From an uncultured Bacteroidota bacterium (lineage in GTDB: Bacteria > Bacteroidota > Ignavibacteria > Kryptoniales > JAKASW01), in NCBI GenBank assembly GCA_963790995.1, contig CAWBQQ010000001.1, positions 1,617,552 through 1,681,551 on the forward strand: a stretch of 64,000 nt of DNA, given 5' to 3'. Below are positions 1 through 10,684 of the stretch, one piece after another. The position numbers and the translations under genes were made by a program. The first letter of the stretch is position 1. Each line of letters opens with the position of its first letter. Under the pieces are notes generated by a model, which worked only from the letters and a program-made list of their open reading frames with translations, was not told the origin of the DNA and made no database searches.

Positions 1-2416
1 AGGATAAGCAGCCACGATATAATGAGGGCCCCTGGTCGATTCTCCCTCTTCCTTTTCTAATTCGGCCCTGAGGTTATCCGGGCTTATCAAGGAATTGCCA
101 TAATCGAAAATTACTTTGTCCATGGCTTTGTACACTTCTTTACTTTCCTTAGCCAGGCCATAATAATCAAGAAGCTGCGCAAAGACATAATTGGATGTCG
201 TATAGACATCTTGACCCTGCTCCGATTTTACCGCTTCCCCGTTCTCCGTCCGGCACATAGCCCATCCCATGGTTGTGCGGTTGTTTTCATAAATTGTCTT
301 CAGAATCTTCTTGGCCCGCTCGTCCGATATGAAGGGCTCTTCTCCTATTGAGATCATGTACCAGAGTGCATCCAATTGGTTCGTCCAGACGTCGGTGTTC
401 GTTTTCTTTGTGACCGTATCGTAGCACGTGACATAGTACTGCAGCTTTTTGCCTTTTTTGTTCTTCTTGTCCCTCCACAATTTCTCAAAAGCGACAGATG
501 CTTTCTCAAAGCTGTCTTTAAATCTTTTCATTGCCTGCTCATCCTTCATCATGCCGGCCATTATCATCATCGCCTGGCAGCCGGCCATGAAGGTAGTGGC
601 ATCGTAACTGTCGACCCCGAACAAAGTCAGGTTGTCGAAAGTATTCTTGACTTCGTGCGGATTGCCTTCGGGAATCCCGTCTCCATCAAGGTCGTGTTTC
701 TGTAAAGATTCAAATCCGAACTTAAGCGTCTCCCAATTCCTCTTTAGAAAATCCATGTCGCCCAGAAATTTAACGTCGCGCAACGCTCTCGTGGCCAGCT
801 TCGGGAAAAGATCCACCCAGTAGTTGTCATTGTACCAGGCATAGTCACTCACGTTGCGTAGAGGATTACCCTTAGGCATGGCGCCCAAATCATGAGACAC
901 ACTCCCCTTGACCTTGGTGGCGTCCCGTATCTGGGTCAATGATCTCCCCTCGTATTCTTCGGGATGCTCCACAAAGTGTTTTCTTGCTTCCACGAAGGAT
1001 GAGTGGTAGTGATAATAGCGCGGAGTCGGATTTTCGGCCAAAATCGAATCGATAAACCGCTGACAAATTTCTTTTTCGATATCCGGAAAGAGCACAAGCA
1101 GTACCATGGAGTACCAATCGACGTCCGATGGATCTATGTATGCGTAATCAATGCACTCAAGGAATCTGGCTCGTTCTTTTCCATCATCGTCTTCAACCCA
1201 TACGGCAGCATTCGACAGAGGGAAACTAAATTCGTTCAATATCAGCCTTGTCAATCTTAGAGCGCCGGTTTTATCATTCTTATATGACGGAGATTTCGAT
1301 ATAAGATCGAATATTTTGCTTTGTATCGCGATGGTACGGTCCAGCCACTTCGCATAATTATCCAGGGCAATCTTAGCCATATCCACGGCCCTGGTTTCCT
1401 TGTTCTTAAAACTTCTGATATACTTGCGGTCATAGGTCTTTCCGTCGATAAACCGCTGTTCCGGGAAATCCAGAACGATAGCAACCGGTATCTTTATCTT
1501 TGCCTTAGCATTCAGAGTGAACGTAAGACCGATAGCTGATCCGTAATCTTGATTCAAGATGGCTTCTCTTTTTTCATAAAAACTTCCATCGTCGTTCAGA
1601 AGCAAATCCTGCTTAAGGTGATTTAAACAGAAGTAAGGCTGTGTATCTATTTTAACGCCGTCCATTTCCGGCACGGCTATAACCATCTTGTCCGTGCATT
1701 CGTCGCTCTTCATGATCACTCCCCTCATACCGGCAGATTCTTAGATCTGCATGCGAATGGCCTTTCACCGGCGTCGAGCACAGGTAGGCTGTATCCTGAT
1801 CGGTTGGTTTCAATTCTTTCTCCTGAAGGTTGACCAGCGAGGGCTTCGGTATGACCAGCGTAATTTGCTGGGCCTGGCTTGAAGCATTCGTAACCTCATA
1901 CTCTTCAACGCCAATCGGCATCAGGGTTTCGGAATTATCTGAAAGCAAGGGAGAAACAAATCTTCTTATCACGCCCACTTTCCCAAGCTTGTACGCAAAT
2001 TCCGCCAGGGGTGTAGCAATAGAAATCGAAGTCTGCTTTTCAGATACCGAAGGATGGTAATAGTTTTTCAAAGCAGGTACATCGTCGGGGCCCTCCGCCA
2101 CTTTAGGATCCTTCGTGGTCAACATGACGGCTTTATTCTCACCGACACGGATAAACGGCGCGGAGCCAAGTTGAATTGCATTCTGGTTCAATAGAATAAG
2201 CCGGCCTGCATTATTTAGCCTGTTGTACAAACCTTCGGGGGAAATACCTATCGAACAAGTGGGGGCACCCTGAAGTGCGATGGTGTGGGGAAATTGGAGA
2301 GTCTTTGACATTCCCTGGAAATGGACCGACATTTTATTCTTGACATAAATTTCAGAAATTCGCGCTCCTGAAATCGTAAAGACATCTCTTACCTTTAAAC
2401 TGTGAGGTGTAGGCAT
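1..2416 (-). pseudogene. GH116-like (GBA2/DUF608-type) glycoside hydrolase; 3' end runs off the window; frame broken once between 1652 and 1740
   Basis: ORF 1652..2416 gives the N-terminus (MPTPHSLKV...) and becomes non-protein-like after ...KGHSHADL. I read plus-strand triplets 1..1740 in phase 3k+1 and found no tta/cta/tca, so the minus frame is open for 580 codons (ESAGMRGVIMKSDECTDKMVIAVPEMDGVK ... VSHDLGAMPKGNPL ... HDLDGDGIPEGN ... GPHYIVAAYP). The HDLG and D-DGDG-IPE motifs resemble GH116 catalytic domains. The family call is from memory. Confidence 0.6.
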
Positions 2417-2510
2417 TTGGTTTCTTCTTAAGTTAATATTTCAATTCGTGGTATGAGCAATCGCCGGAGTTTGCTGAAAACGATCAGCAAACTCCGGGCT
2501 GCATGCATGA

Positions 2511-4340
2511 TCAACAATACGACAAATCTAAGGGCTGACCCTTTTTCGAGATCGGTTTTTTTACGGGAGCTTCCTGCTGAACGCCAAGCTTTATGGGCAG
2601 CTTGGTTTTTGACGAGGGCTTTACTTTCCCAAAAAGCAGTTCCACAGCGGCCTTTATGGAATCAGGCGTTCCGCTGAAATTGCAGACCGCAACGTCGGCC
2701 TCATTTGTCGTGCCTTCAACATACGGGTAGTTTGTCACAACGACTATCTTCTTACCGGCTTCATTGAGTTTCTTGATAAGCAGCCGGTTATTGCCAGTCT
2801 TTACGATTCGAGCGTAATAATTCGTCATAACTACCAATTCCACCTGCTTTGCAAGTTCGAGGCACTCTGCAAGCTCTTCTTCGGTGGCAGCAAAATCAGT
2901 ATCGACCAAAATCATATTTTGGGCATACTCCACCATATCCTCGCAGAACATATGCTGGTGCATGTAAGGATCTTTACCGCAGAATTCATAAGGGATACGC
3001 TGCTCGATTACCAGCATTTTCTCTTTGGGGTTCAAAGGCAGCATCTTCTTATCGTCCCGCATGACTATTAACGCTTTCTTTGCCACATCCCAGGATAAAT
3101 CTACGACGGGTTTGCTCATAGCATAAGCCTGGGCTTTTTTCGGATCTTTCTTGCCGGCTGTCTGGAAGAGACCCTGGTCGTATTTCATCCTTAAGAGGTG
3201 CGTAACGGCTTCATCGACTCTCTCTTGGGAAAGATCGCCCGCTTCGACCGCCTGCTTGATCCCGAAGTAACATTGCGATCTCGATTCATCGTCGGCTTTC
3301 AAAAGTATCGTGTCACAACCGGCCTTGATTGCCATAGCACAAGCTTGCGGAAGAGGCCACTGTTTCAAGATGGCAGCCATGCCGATTGCGTCGGAAACTA
3401 TGACGCCGTCGAATCCAAGTTCCTCTCTCAAAACACCCTGGAGAATCTTCTCCGACAAGGTCGTCGGGTACTTGTCATCAAAAGCGGGATAGACCGAGTG
3501 GCCGGTCATGATCGCTTTCACTCCGGCATCGATGGCAGCTTTGAATGGAACGAGTTCAACCTCGCGCATCCTTTGCTTATCAGCCTTGATTACATCCAGG
3601 ACATCGTGGGCGTCCGTTGCGGAATCGCCTCTACCGGGGAAGTGTTTCGCAGTCGCCGCTATGCCGCCGTCCTGCAGGCCCCTGATCAAAGCAACAGCAT
3701 GCTTCGCAGCCATTTCAGGATCGTCACTAAATGATCTTACCCCGATTTCAGGATTCTTTGGATTGATGTTTACGTCGCAGACCGGCGAATACATCTGGGT
3801 TACGCCGATGGCGCTCAGCTGCTTGGCAATGGTTAAACCGATCTTGTAAGTTAGTTTTGTGTCGCCAATGGCCGCCATGCCCATCGGAGGCGGAAACTGT
3901 CTTATACCGCCAGCCATATAATCATTCTTAAAATCGCCTTCGAAATCGATTGTCATATGAAGAGGAATCCCTGAGTGTCTGCTCATGGCGATCTTCTGGA
4001 GCTTGTTCAAATCTTTTGTATAGTCACCCGGCGTGATACTGATACCGAAGTTCTTGCCCGCGAAGTAAGTGCTCGCAATAGTAAAATAGTCTTCCGGCTT
4101 TTTAAAATTCTTGTCGATCTGGGAATTGCCCCAATAAAGATTTTTGCAAGTTTCAACTGCATAAGGTTCGAGACAAAGACCGCCGCAATCTAATCTTGTG
4201 ATTTGTTCAATTCCGCTCGGCGTCACCATTGCGCCGCGCCGCGTAAATGTCAGGAGCTGGCCGACTTTTTCTCCCAGACTCATCTTCGCAATTTTCTTGC
4301 TGACAAAAGCGTCTCTTTGCACATTGCCTTTCTTCGTCAT
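2511..4340 (-). CDS. glycoside hydrolase family 3 (NagZ/beta-glucosidase-like, two-domain)
   Basis: ORF 2511..4376. KHFPGRGDSATDAH matches the GH3 KHFPGHG motif, and GFDGVIVSDA is the nucleophile region. I prefer the ATG at 4340 (MTKKGN, AAGGA upstream), which removes the overlap with the kinase gene. Confidence 0.85.
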   Translation of the reverse strand: MTKKGNVQRDAFVSKKIAKMSLGEKVGQLLTFTRRGAMVTPSGIEQITRLDCGGLCLEPYAVETCKNLYWGNSQIDKNFKKPEDYFTIASTYFAGKNFGISITPGDYTKDLNKLQKIAMSRHSGIPLHMTIDFEGDFKNDYMAGGIRQFPPPMGMAAIGDTKLTYKIGLTIAKQLSAIGVTQMYSPVCDVNINPKNPEIGVRSFSDDPEMAAKHAVALIRGLQDGGIAATAKHFPGRGDSATDAHDVLDVIKADKQRMREVELVPFKAAIDAGVKAIMTGHSVYPAFDDKYPTTLSEKILQGVLREELGFDGVIVSDAIGMAAILKQWPLPQACAMAIKAGCDTILLKADDESRSQCYFGIKQAVEAGDLSQERVDEAVTHLLRMKYDQGLFQTAGKKDPKKAQAYAMSKPVVDLSWDVAKKALIVMRDDKKMLPLNPKEKMLVIEQRIPYEFCGKDPYMHQHMFCEDMVEYAQNMILVDTDFAATEEELAECLELAKQVELVVMTNYYARIVKTGNNRLLIKKLNEAGKKIVVVTNYPYVEGTTNEADVAVCNFSGTPDSIKAAVELLFGKVKPSSKTKLPIKLGVQQEAPVKKPISKKGQPLDLSYC

Positions 4341-4363
4341 TTTGTAATTTCCTTTTTTTTCGT

Positions 4364-5587
4364 TTATGATTCCCATTTACCACGGTTATCGGGCCCAACC
4401 CAGAATTCGCGCTCTTTCTTCCAGCCCGCTTCGTCAATTTTCAGCTCTTTTGTTTTCCATCCTTTTTTTATGCGCTTCGTTAGATCTTCAAATCCTTTGT
4501 TCCAGGAAAGTCCGTCGGGAACAGTGACGTTCATGCTTCCGGCAGCGTTTGCATATCTCAGACAGGATTCGATAGTATTACCGCGAACAAAAGCAGAAAG
4601 AAATCCTGCAATTGCCGAATCACCCGATCCCAATGCTCCTACAAAGTTCTCTTCTTGATAAACGGGGAACCAAAGTTCGCGGTTAGCCCAGTTTTCAATG
4701 TCGGAACATCCCGCTGCTCCTAACTTCATAAGTCGATCTTTATCGGCGGTACGTATATATAGTCCTCTATGACCGCATTTAACCATCGCTACCGCTGCAC
4801 CCATTTTTATAACGTCGCTCCCTAAAGTGGAGATCTCTTTTACAGTCATGTGGTCAAGCACAGTCTCTTTAGGCCCGAGTTTCGCTTTTTTCTCGAGAAA
4901 CTTATCTTTATAAAGAAAATAAAATATCTCTTCCGCACTCGGGACCATAATGTCTGAGAGAGGTACCCAATCTTTAAGAATTGCAGACCAATTGACTTGA
5001 CCCGCACGACTATTCACGTCAGGAAGTGAAAGGTCAAGTGCAGTAGTCACTCCGAGCTCCTTTGTCTTTTTGAGAATCTTGGTCAGCTCCTTGCCTGTGT
5101 TTTCGTACAGCTTGGCCATCCAGGGCGGATAACCGAAGAGCATCAGTTTTGAACGCCGAAGAAGATCAAAGTCCATATCATCATAGCCGAACGTGTCATT
5201 GGCTCCGGTATGATGAAGATAAAAGCGATCTATGCCGGGTATGCAGATCGCAATGGTATACGACGTGGATTCACCGCCGACCATTTTGATTCCCTTAAAA
5301 TGTCCCTCATGTTCTTCGTACCATTTGAGTATTTCATTTCCAAAATCATCATCACCGATTTTGCCGATCAATTCGGTTTTCACACCGAGCCGTCTGATGG
5401 ATACTCCGGCGTTCGTAACCGGGCCTCCTCCTACAACGACGCAGTCACCCATGTTGATCATCTTACCGGGCACAAGGACGTCCGTAAGCTTATCTACTTT
5501 GCCGTCAATTGTAAAAGCAGGTATTAAATCGAGGCAGGTATGTCCGGCAGCGACGATTTCAATATCTCTTTCATTATTAGTTGCCAT
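4364..5587 (-). CDS. PfkB-family carbohydrate kinase with a C-terminal extension
   Basis: 407-aa ORF with a GGGPVTNAG N-terminal motif and a GSGDSAIAGF PfkB-type C-terminal motif. About 70 extra residues (KGWKTKELKIDEAGWKKEREFW...) follow the kinase core. Confidence 0.75.
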   Translation of the reverse strand: MATNNERDIEIVAAGHTCLDLIPAFTIDGKVDKLTDVLVPGKMINMGDCVVVGGGPVTNAGVSIRRLGVKTELIGKIGDDDFGNEILKWYEEHEGHFKGIKMVGGESTSYTIAICIPGIDRFYLHHTGANDTFGYDDMDFDLLRRSKLMLFGYPPWMAKLYENTGKELTKILKKTKELGVTTALDLSLPDVNSRAGQVNWSAILKDWVPLSDIMVPSAEEIFYFLYKDKFLEKKAKLGPKETVLDHMTVKEISTLGSDVIKMGAAVAMVKCGHRGLYIRTADKDRLMKLGAAGCSDIENWANRELWFPVYQEENFVGALGSGDSAIAGFLSAFVRGNTIESCLRYANAAGSMNVTVPDGLSWNKGFEDLTKRIKKGWKTKELKIDEAGWKKEREFWVGPDNRGKWES

Positions 5588-5797
5588 TCAAAGCTCCTTA
5601 CGAAATATTTCTAGTTTAACTTCGGCTTGCCGACGCATCATAAGGCACGATGCATAAGCGGCCTCTTTGTTTATCAATGATATCTTGATGGTTCTATTCA
5701 AAATACACAACAACCTGACAATTTTGTCCTCCGAGAGTCATCCGATTGAATTGTTGATGTTCTCTCAGCAAGTTGGTAAACCTAATTCATATTTTTC

Positions 5798-6865
5798 TTA
5801 ATCCTTCGATCCAAATTTTTTGATGATAGCATCGAATGCCGGCTTTGGACTACAGTGACGATCGAACAGCAAAGGATAGTCGGCCCTTCCTTTTATTGGC
5901 AAGTAGCTGCGCCACGATTGACCATCATGGACGGCCCAGAATGTTACCCGGCTGAGCTTGTCACGATGCTTGAGGAAGAGGGAAAATAAGTCAGAATACC
6001 GATTCGCCAGATCTTTTTGAACGGCGTCCGGCAAGGAGTCGGCATACGGATTATTTTTCTTCTGCCATTCAGCATCAAAGGAGGAAATATCCACCGCCGC
6101 GGCATCGACTGGATAATAAGGTAGCACGCTCACATCCAGCTCCGTAACCATCAACTTGACTCCCAATTTGGAAATGGCCAAGATGGACGACTCAAGCTCC
6201 TCGATGGTCGGATAGTCGAGGAACATGTGACCCTGTATCCCAATCCCATCGAGGCGGATACCTTTGGACTGCAGACTCTTGACAAGGCGAATAATGCCCT
6301 CGCATTTTGGTCGGACCTCGGAATTGTAATCATTGTAGTTTAAGCGGACACCGGGATCCGCTTCGTAGGCATATTCAAATGCTTTCTGTACGTAATCTTC
6401 ACCAATGATTTCCAGCCACTTGCTTTTCCTAAACTGCCCGTCCTCGTCGATTGCCTCATTGACAACGTCCCATCCGTGGATTCTGCCTTTGTAACGGCCC
6501 ATCACCGTGAGGATGTGATCCCTCATCCGTTCGAGCAAGGCCTCGCGACTCAAGAGTTTGCCCGACTCGTCCTGGAACACCCAGTCCGGCGTTTGAACAT
6601 GCCAGACGAGAGTGTGTCCCACGATATCCATCTTGTTCTTCTCACCGAAAGCCACATAACGGTCGGCGAGATCAAAGTTATACCTATGGGGTTCCGGATG
6701 CACCTCTTCCCATTTCAGAATATTCTCCGGCGTGATGCTGTTGAATTGTTCTGCCACGAGAGCGGCAGCCTCGGGCTCATTGCCCAAAATCTGATTTTGG
6801 CTGAGGGCGACTCCGATTTTGAAGTCGCCTTCAAAAACGTCTTTCAAGCCGGGTTGATCAATCAT
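5798..6865 (-). CDS. GH10 endo-1,4-beta-xylanase, no signal peptide (probably cytoplasmic)
   Basis: ORF 5798..6970. GH10 motifs GHTLVWHVQTPDW, WDVVNEA and MVTELDV are present. The ATG at 6865 (MIDQPGLKDVFEGDFKIGVAL) fits the family N-terminus; the upstream 35 codons look non-coding. Confidence 0.85.
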   Translation of the reverse strand: MIDQPGLKDVFEGDFKIGVALSQNQILGNEPEAAALVAEQFNSITPENILKWEEVHPEPHRYNFDLADRYVAFGEKNKMDIVGHTLVWHVQTPDWVFQDESGKLLSREALLERMRDHILTVMGRYKGRIHGWDVVNEAIDEDGQFRKSKWLEIIGEDYVQKAFEYAYEADPGVRLNYNDYNSEVRPKCEGIIRLVKSLQSKGIRLDGIGIQGHMFLDYPTIEELESSILAISKLGVKLMVTELDVSVLPYYPVDAAAVDISSFDAEWQKKNNPYADSLPDAVQKDLANRYSDLFSLFLKHRDKLSRVTFWAVHDGQSWRSYLPIKGRADYPLLFDRHCSPKPAFDAIIKKFGSKD

Positions 6866-7040
6866 GCTCGCCCCTGACCGCAGCAACGGTACAGACGAGT
6901 TTTGAAAACGTTGGGATAGGCATATCCCTTTTCCGATGTCTTCATCCGCTCTATCTGCAGATTGCCGCAATCAAGCTATTTAATGCGAGATATCGTTGCA
7001 CGAAAATGATTCAACCTCTTTGAGATCTGCTCGCGTTCAA

Positions 7041-8360
7041 TTATTGAATATATGTATTGAGAATATTTTCGAGCATTTCTTGTCGGCCGCTTTGCAGGAC
7101 GGGCGCCGCGCTGTTGCGCACATGTTTGTCGATTTCGGCGAGGCCTACTTTTCCGGACATAATATCGGCACCGATACCGCTCTTGAAGCTGCTATACCGC
7201 TCTTCGACAAACTTGCTCAACGCCTTATCTTTGATTATGCGATCCGCGATCAGAAGCCCTCGTGCAAAAGCATCCATGCCGCCGATATGTGCGTGGAGAA
7301 GGTCAACCGGATCGTTAGAGCTGCGTCTCACCTTCGCATCGAAGTTAAGACCACCGCTTCCTAATCCGCCCTGGTTCAATATTATAATCATCGCCATGGT
7401 GGTGCTGTAAATGTCTGTCGGAAATTGATCTGTGTCCCAGCCAAGAAGCAGGTCGCCTCGATTTGCATCGACGCTGCCCAATCTCCCGGCGGCGGAAGCG
7501 ACTGCCAATTCGTGCTCGAATGTATTCCCGGCCAGTGTGGCGTGATTGGCTTCGATATTAAGTTTGAAGTCGTTTATCAGATCATACTCTTTCAAAAAGT
7601 ACAATGTCGTCGCCGCATCGGAATCATATTGATGCTTCGTAGGCTCGCAGGGCTTCGGCTCGATAAGGAATTGTCCGCCAAATCCTATTTTGCGTTTGTA
7701 ATCTACAGCCATGTGCAGGAATCGGGCCATATGATCTTGCTCTGTTTTCAAGTCGGTATTCAGCAAAGTTTCGTAGCCCTCGCGGCCGCCCCAGAAGACG
7801 TAATTTTCACCGCCGAGCTCCTTGGCGGCATCGATAGCGTTCTTCAGCTGCGCGGCAGCGTGCGCCATGACGTTGGCGTTCGGACTTGTTCCCGCGCCCT
7901 GGGTATAGATTGGATTGCTGAAAAGATTCGCAGTGCCCCATAGGAGCTTTACTCCGGTCTCTTTCTGCAGGTTCTTAGCATATTGAACTATGGTTTCCAA
8001 ATTCTTACACGTTTCAGCGAACGTGCTGCCTTCGGGTGCAATGTCTCGGTCGTGAAAGCAATAATACTCTATACCGAGCTTCGTGAAAAGCTCAAACGCC
8101 GCTTCCATAGTATCCTTGGCGCGCTGCATCGGATCCGAAGATTTGTGCCATTCTCTATTGAATGCAGGGCCGCCAAACATATCTTGTCCGTTGCCCATCA
8201 TTGTGTGCCAGTATGCGACGGAAAAACGCAGGTGTTCGGCCATCGTTTTGTTGCCGATCTTTTGACTCTTGTTGTAGTATTTGAACGCGAGGGGGTTCTT
8301 GGAGTCCTTTCCTTCGTAAGGAATTGGTTTCTCAACTTTCGGGAAAAATTTATTAGACAT
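7041..8360 (-). CDS. xylA: xylose isomerase
   Basis: 439 aa. [41 protein letters not shown] and FLIEPKP are class II XylA hallmarks. AAGGAG RBS. Confidence 0.95.
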   Translation of the reverse strand: MSNKFFPKVEKPIPYEGKDSKNPLAFKYYNKSQKIGNKTMAEHLRFSVAYWHTMMGNGQDMFGGPAFNREWHKSSDPMQRAKDTMEAAFELFTKLGIEYYCFHDRDIAPEGSTFAETCKNLETIVQYAKNLQKETGVKLLWGTANLFSNPIYTQGAGTSPNANVMAHAAAQLKNAIDAAKELGGENYVFWGGREGYETLLNTDLKTEQDHMARFLHMAVDYKRKIGFGGQFLIEPKPCEPTKHQYDSDAATTLYFLKEYDLINDFKLNIEANHATLAGNTFEHELAVASAAGRLGSVDANRGDLLLGWDTDQFPTDIYSTTMAMIIILNQGGLGSGGLNFDAKVRRSSNDPVDLLHAHIGGMDAFARGLLIADRIIKDKALSKFVEERYSSFKSGIGADIMSGKVGLAEIDKHVRNSAAPVLQSGRQEMLENILNTYIQ

Positions 8361-8485
8361 ATTCGCTCCTTTTTATGTTTCGCCGCGCAAGAGACAGACT
8401 CTGTACCTTCACCGGATACGGATACTTGTCAAACTCGCTACTTTGAATTTTAATTTTCGCTAAACTGTTCCAGATCTTTACACCA

Positions 8486-8539
8486 GTTCAACAGCAATTG
8501 AACCGATTCAATAATACAAATAATACCTTCAAATGTCAA
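8486..8539 (-). promoter_or_regulatory. sigma70-type promoter for xylA plus a palindrome at the predicted start site
   Basis: The minus strand reads TTGACA (8539..8534), a 17-nt spacer, then TATTAT (8516..8511). GTTCAA-n6-TTGAAC (8486..8503) lies immediately downstream, about +1 to +18. Confidence 0.6.
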
Positions 8540-8717
8540 CGTCAATATGTTGAGCATCGAATTCAGAGCTCTACCAAAACGTCTCTTTAAGAGAGCTCGG
8601 TGCGGGGAACCGGCGGAATTTTCATCGCGCTGCCGCGTTCGATTTTCTTCCCATGATGACAATAGATCATCGACCTTGTGTGCGCAGGAACCAAACGCCA
8701 GCGCAGACAGGGACCTG

Positions 8718-10214
8718 CTACTTCGTTATTTTCGACAAATCGCTTTGCCAGGCCTGATAGATCGAATTGTATTTAGCCGACAATTCCCGGTCAGGACGCA
8801 GTCGTTCCATTACAGTCAGACCTTTAAATGCCTCGTCATTCGAGGAATATCGCCCGACGCCGATCCCTGCGCCTCGCGCAGCGCCTTGAGACCCGTCGGT
8901 GCTCAGGATTTCAAGATTGACGCCGCAAGTATTGACAAAAGCTTCTCGGAAAATTTTGCTCTGGAAGAGATTCGAATTGCCCGCCTTTATCACATCAAGT
9001 TCAAGGCCGAGACTCTTCATTACGTCGAATCCGAACCTGAAGGAAAATGCGATGCCTTCCTGAGCAGCCCGCAGCAAATGTCCTTTAGTATGAATATTAA
9101 AATTGATCCCCGAAAAGTGGCCGTGGACATCTTTGTTCTTCAAACTTCTTTCGGCGCCATTTCCATATGGATAGCAGAACAATCCCTGCGAACCGATTTC
9201 AACTTCAGACGCAAACTTATCCAGTTCGACATAGGAATACTTGTTATCAAAGATGCTCTGTTTGAGCCAGCTATACTGGATCCCCGTTCCGTTAATGCAG
9301 AGCAGCACGCCTTTGTTCGGTTGAGTCTCGGAATAATTGACGTGCGCGAAGGTATTGATCCTTCCGTCGTTGTCGAAAATATCCTTGCTGGTGACGCCGT
9401 ATATCACTCCAGAAGTACCGGCAGTCGCGGCGGTCTCTCCAGGGTTCAGAACGTTCAGAGAAAGCGCATTGTTAGGCTGGTCGCCTGCCCGATATGTAAT
9501 CGGAGCTCCGGCTTTCAAACCTAACTCTTGAGCTGCACCGGACGCCAGACGACCCTGTATGCCGAATGTCGGAACAATTTCCGGAATCACGTTCTTGTCG
9601 AAGCCGAAATAATTGATCAGCTTTTCAGAAATACATTTTTTGCTGAAATCCCAGAATATTCCTTCGCTCAATCCGGATATCGTGGTACGAATCTCACCGG
9701 TCAGCTTCATGGCGATGTAGTCGCCGGGCAGCATTATTTTGAATATCTTAGAATAGATATCCGGGCGATTATCCTTAACCCATTTAAGCTTCGACGCGGT
9801 AAAATTGCCGGGAGAATTCAGGAAACTGCCAAGACAATAGTCGTTTCCCAAATCGGAAAAGGCATTGTTGCCGATTTCTACTGCGCGGCTGTCACACCAG
9901 ATAATCGACGGATAAAGCACCTTACGGTCCTTATCGACCATTACCAGGCCGTGCATCTGGTATGAAATCCCTATCGCAGCAATCTCAGATGTGCCGAGAG
10001 AAGCTTGCGAATAGATCTTTTTCGTCGCGTTCACAACATGCTCCCACCACATGTCGGGATGCTGTTCGGCCCAGCCGATCTGAGGCGAATCGATTTTCAT
10101 TTCTCGTTCGGGGGAAAAGGCCGAGGCGACCAATTCGCCTGTGTCGGCATCCACCGCGGAAGCCTTTATCGACGAGCTTCCAACGTCATATCCTAACAAT
10201 AATTTCTTTGCCAT
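8718..10214 (-). CDS. xylB: xylulokinase (FGGY family)
   Basis: 498 aa with an LGYDVGSSSIKAS N-terminal ATPase motif and an FGGY C-terminal domain. Sits next to xylA. Confidence 0.85.
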   Translation of the reverse strand: MAKKLLLGYDVGSSSIKASAVDADTGELVASAFSPEREMKIDSPQIGWAEQHPDMWWEHVVNATKKIYSQASLGTSEIAAIGISYQMHGLVMVDKDRKVLYPSIIWCDSRAVEIGNNAFSDLGNDYCLGSFLNSPGNFTASKLKWVKDNRPDIYSKIFKIMLPGDYIAMKLTGEIRTTISGLSEGIFWDFSKKCISEKLINYFGFDKNVIPEIVPTFGIQGRLASGAAQELGLKAGAPITYRAGDQPNNALSLNVLNPGETAATAGTSGVIYGVTSKDIFDNDGRINTFAHVNYSETQPNKGVLLCINGTGIQYSWLKQSIFDNKYSYVELDKFASEVEIGSQGLFCYPYGNGAERSLKNKDVHGHFSGINFNIHTKGHLLRAAQEGIAFSFRFGFDVMKSLGLELDVIKAGNSNLFQSKIFREAFVNTCGVNLEILSTDGSQGAARGAGIGVGRYSSNDEAFKGLTVMERLRPDRELSAKYNSIYQAWQSDLSKITK

Positions 10215-10433
10215 TTAAGATTTCCTAAGCTCCCTATTGGGTTATTTAAGCTTTGGTTTATGCTTACCGAAAGCGGCCGTCGTCTTCATTTTTAATGCGG
10301 CCTAATATGCTCTTCTATCTGCCGATATTGCTAATGAAGCGACAAAACTTGAGTGAGATTAAGCCTGTCCTCAACACAATCTATGGTAAACTAAACCAAA
10401 GATTCCTTATCTTTCAAATAGTTTTATTATGTC

Positions 10434-10445
10434 TGAAACGTTTCA
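10434..10445. promoter_or_regulatory. LacI/Cra-type operator candidate TGAAACGTTTCA
   Basis: Perfect 12-bp palindrome with a central CG in the divergent xylB / GH3-PA14 intergenic region. On the minus strand it overlaps a TTGAAA -35-like hexamer. Confidence 0.5.
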
Positions 10446-10569
10446 AGTCTAACGCATATATTTAAGAAAATCAATGGCAACAAATAATCGCATCCCACGC
10501 AATTCCGGCGAAAAGGATTCAATAACCGTGAGAATGGTGCGGCACCGAGATGCTGACTTTCCGGCAAGC

Positions 10570-10598
10570 TTGAAAATTTGCCGCGACGTTCATAAAAT
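10570..10598 (+). promoter_or_regulatory. sigma70-type promoter for the GH3-PA14 gene
   Basis: TTGAAA (10570..10575), a 17-nt spacer, then TAAAAT (10593..10598), about 85 nt upstream of the ATG at 10685. An AAAGGAG RBS precedes the ATG. Confidence 0.55.
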
Positions 10599-10684
10599 GC
10601 TTTCACCGTCTGGAGAAAGACGTCCGAGGTCTGCTCCCCTTGCCATGGAAGCCCGGCCAATTCACTAAAAGGAGATAATTCAAA

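Noticed and set aside
8547-9524. 325-aa plus-strand ORF
   Set aside because: It is entirely antisense to the well-supported xylB gene. The sequence is Arg/Ser/Leu-rich and not protein-like. It is a shadow ORF of the opposite strand.
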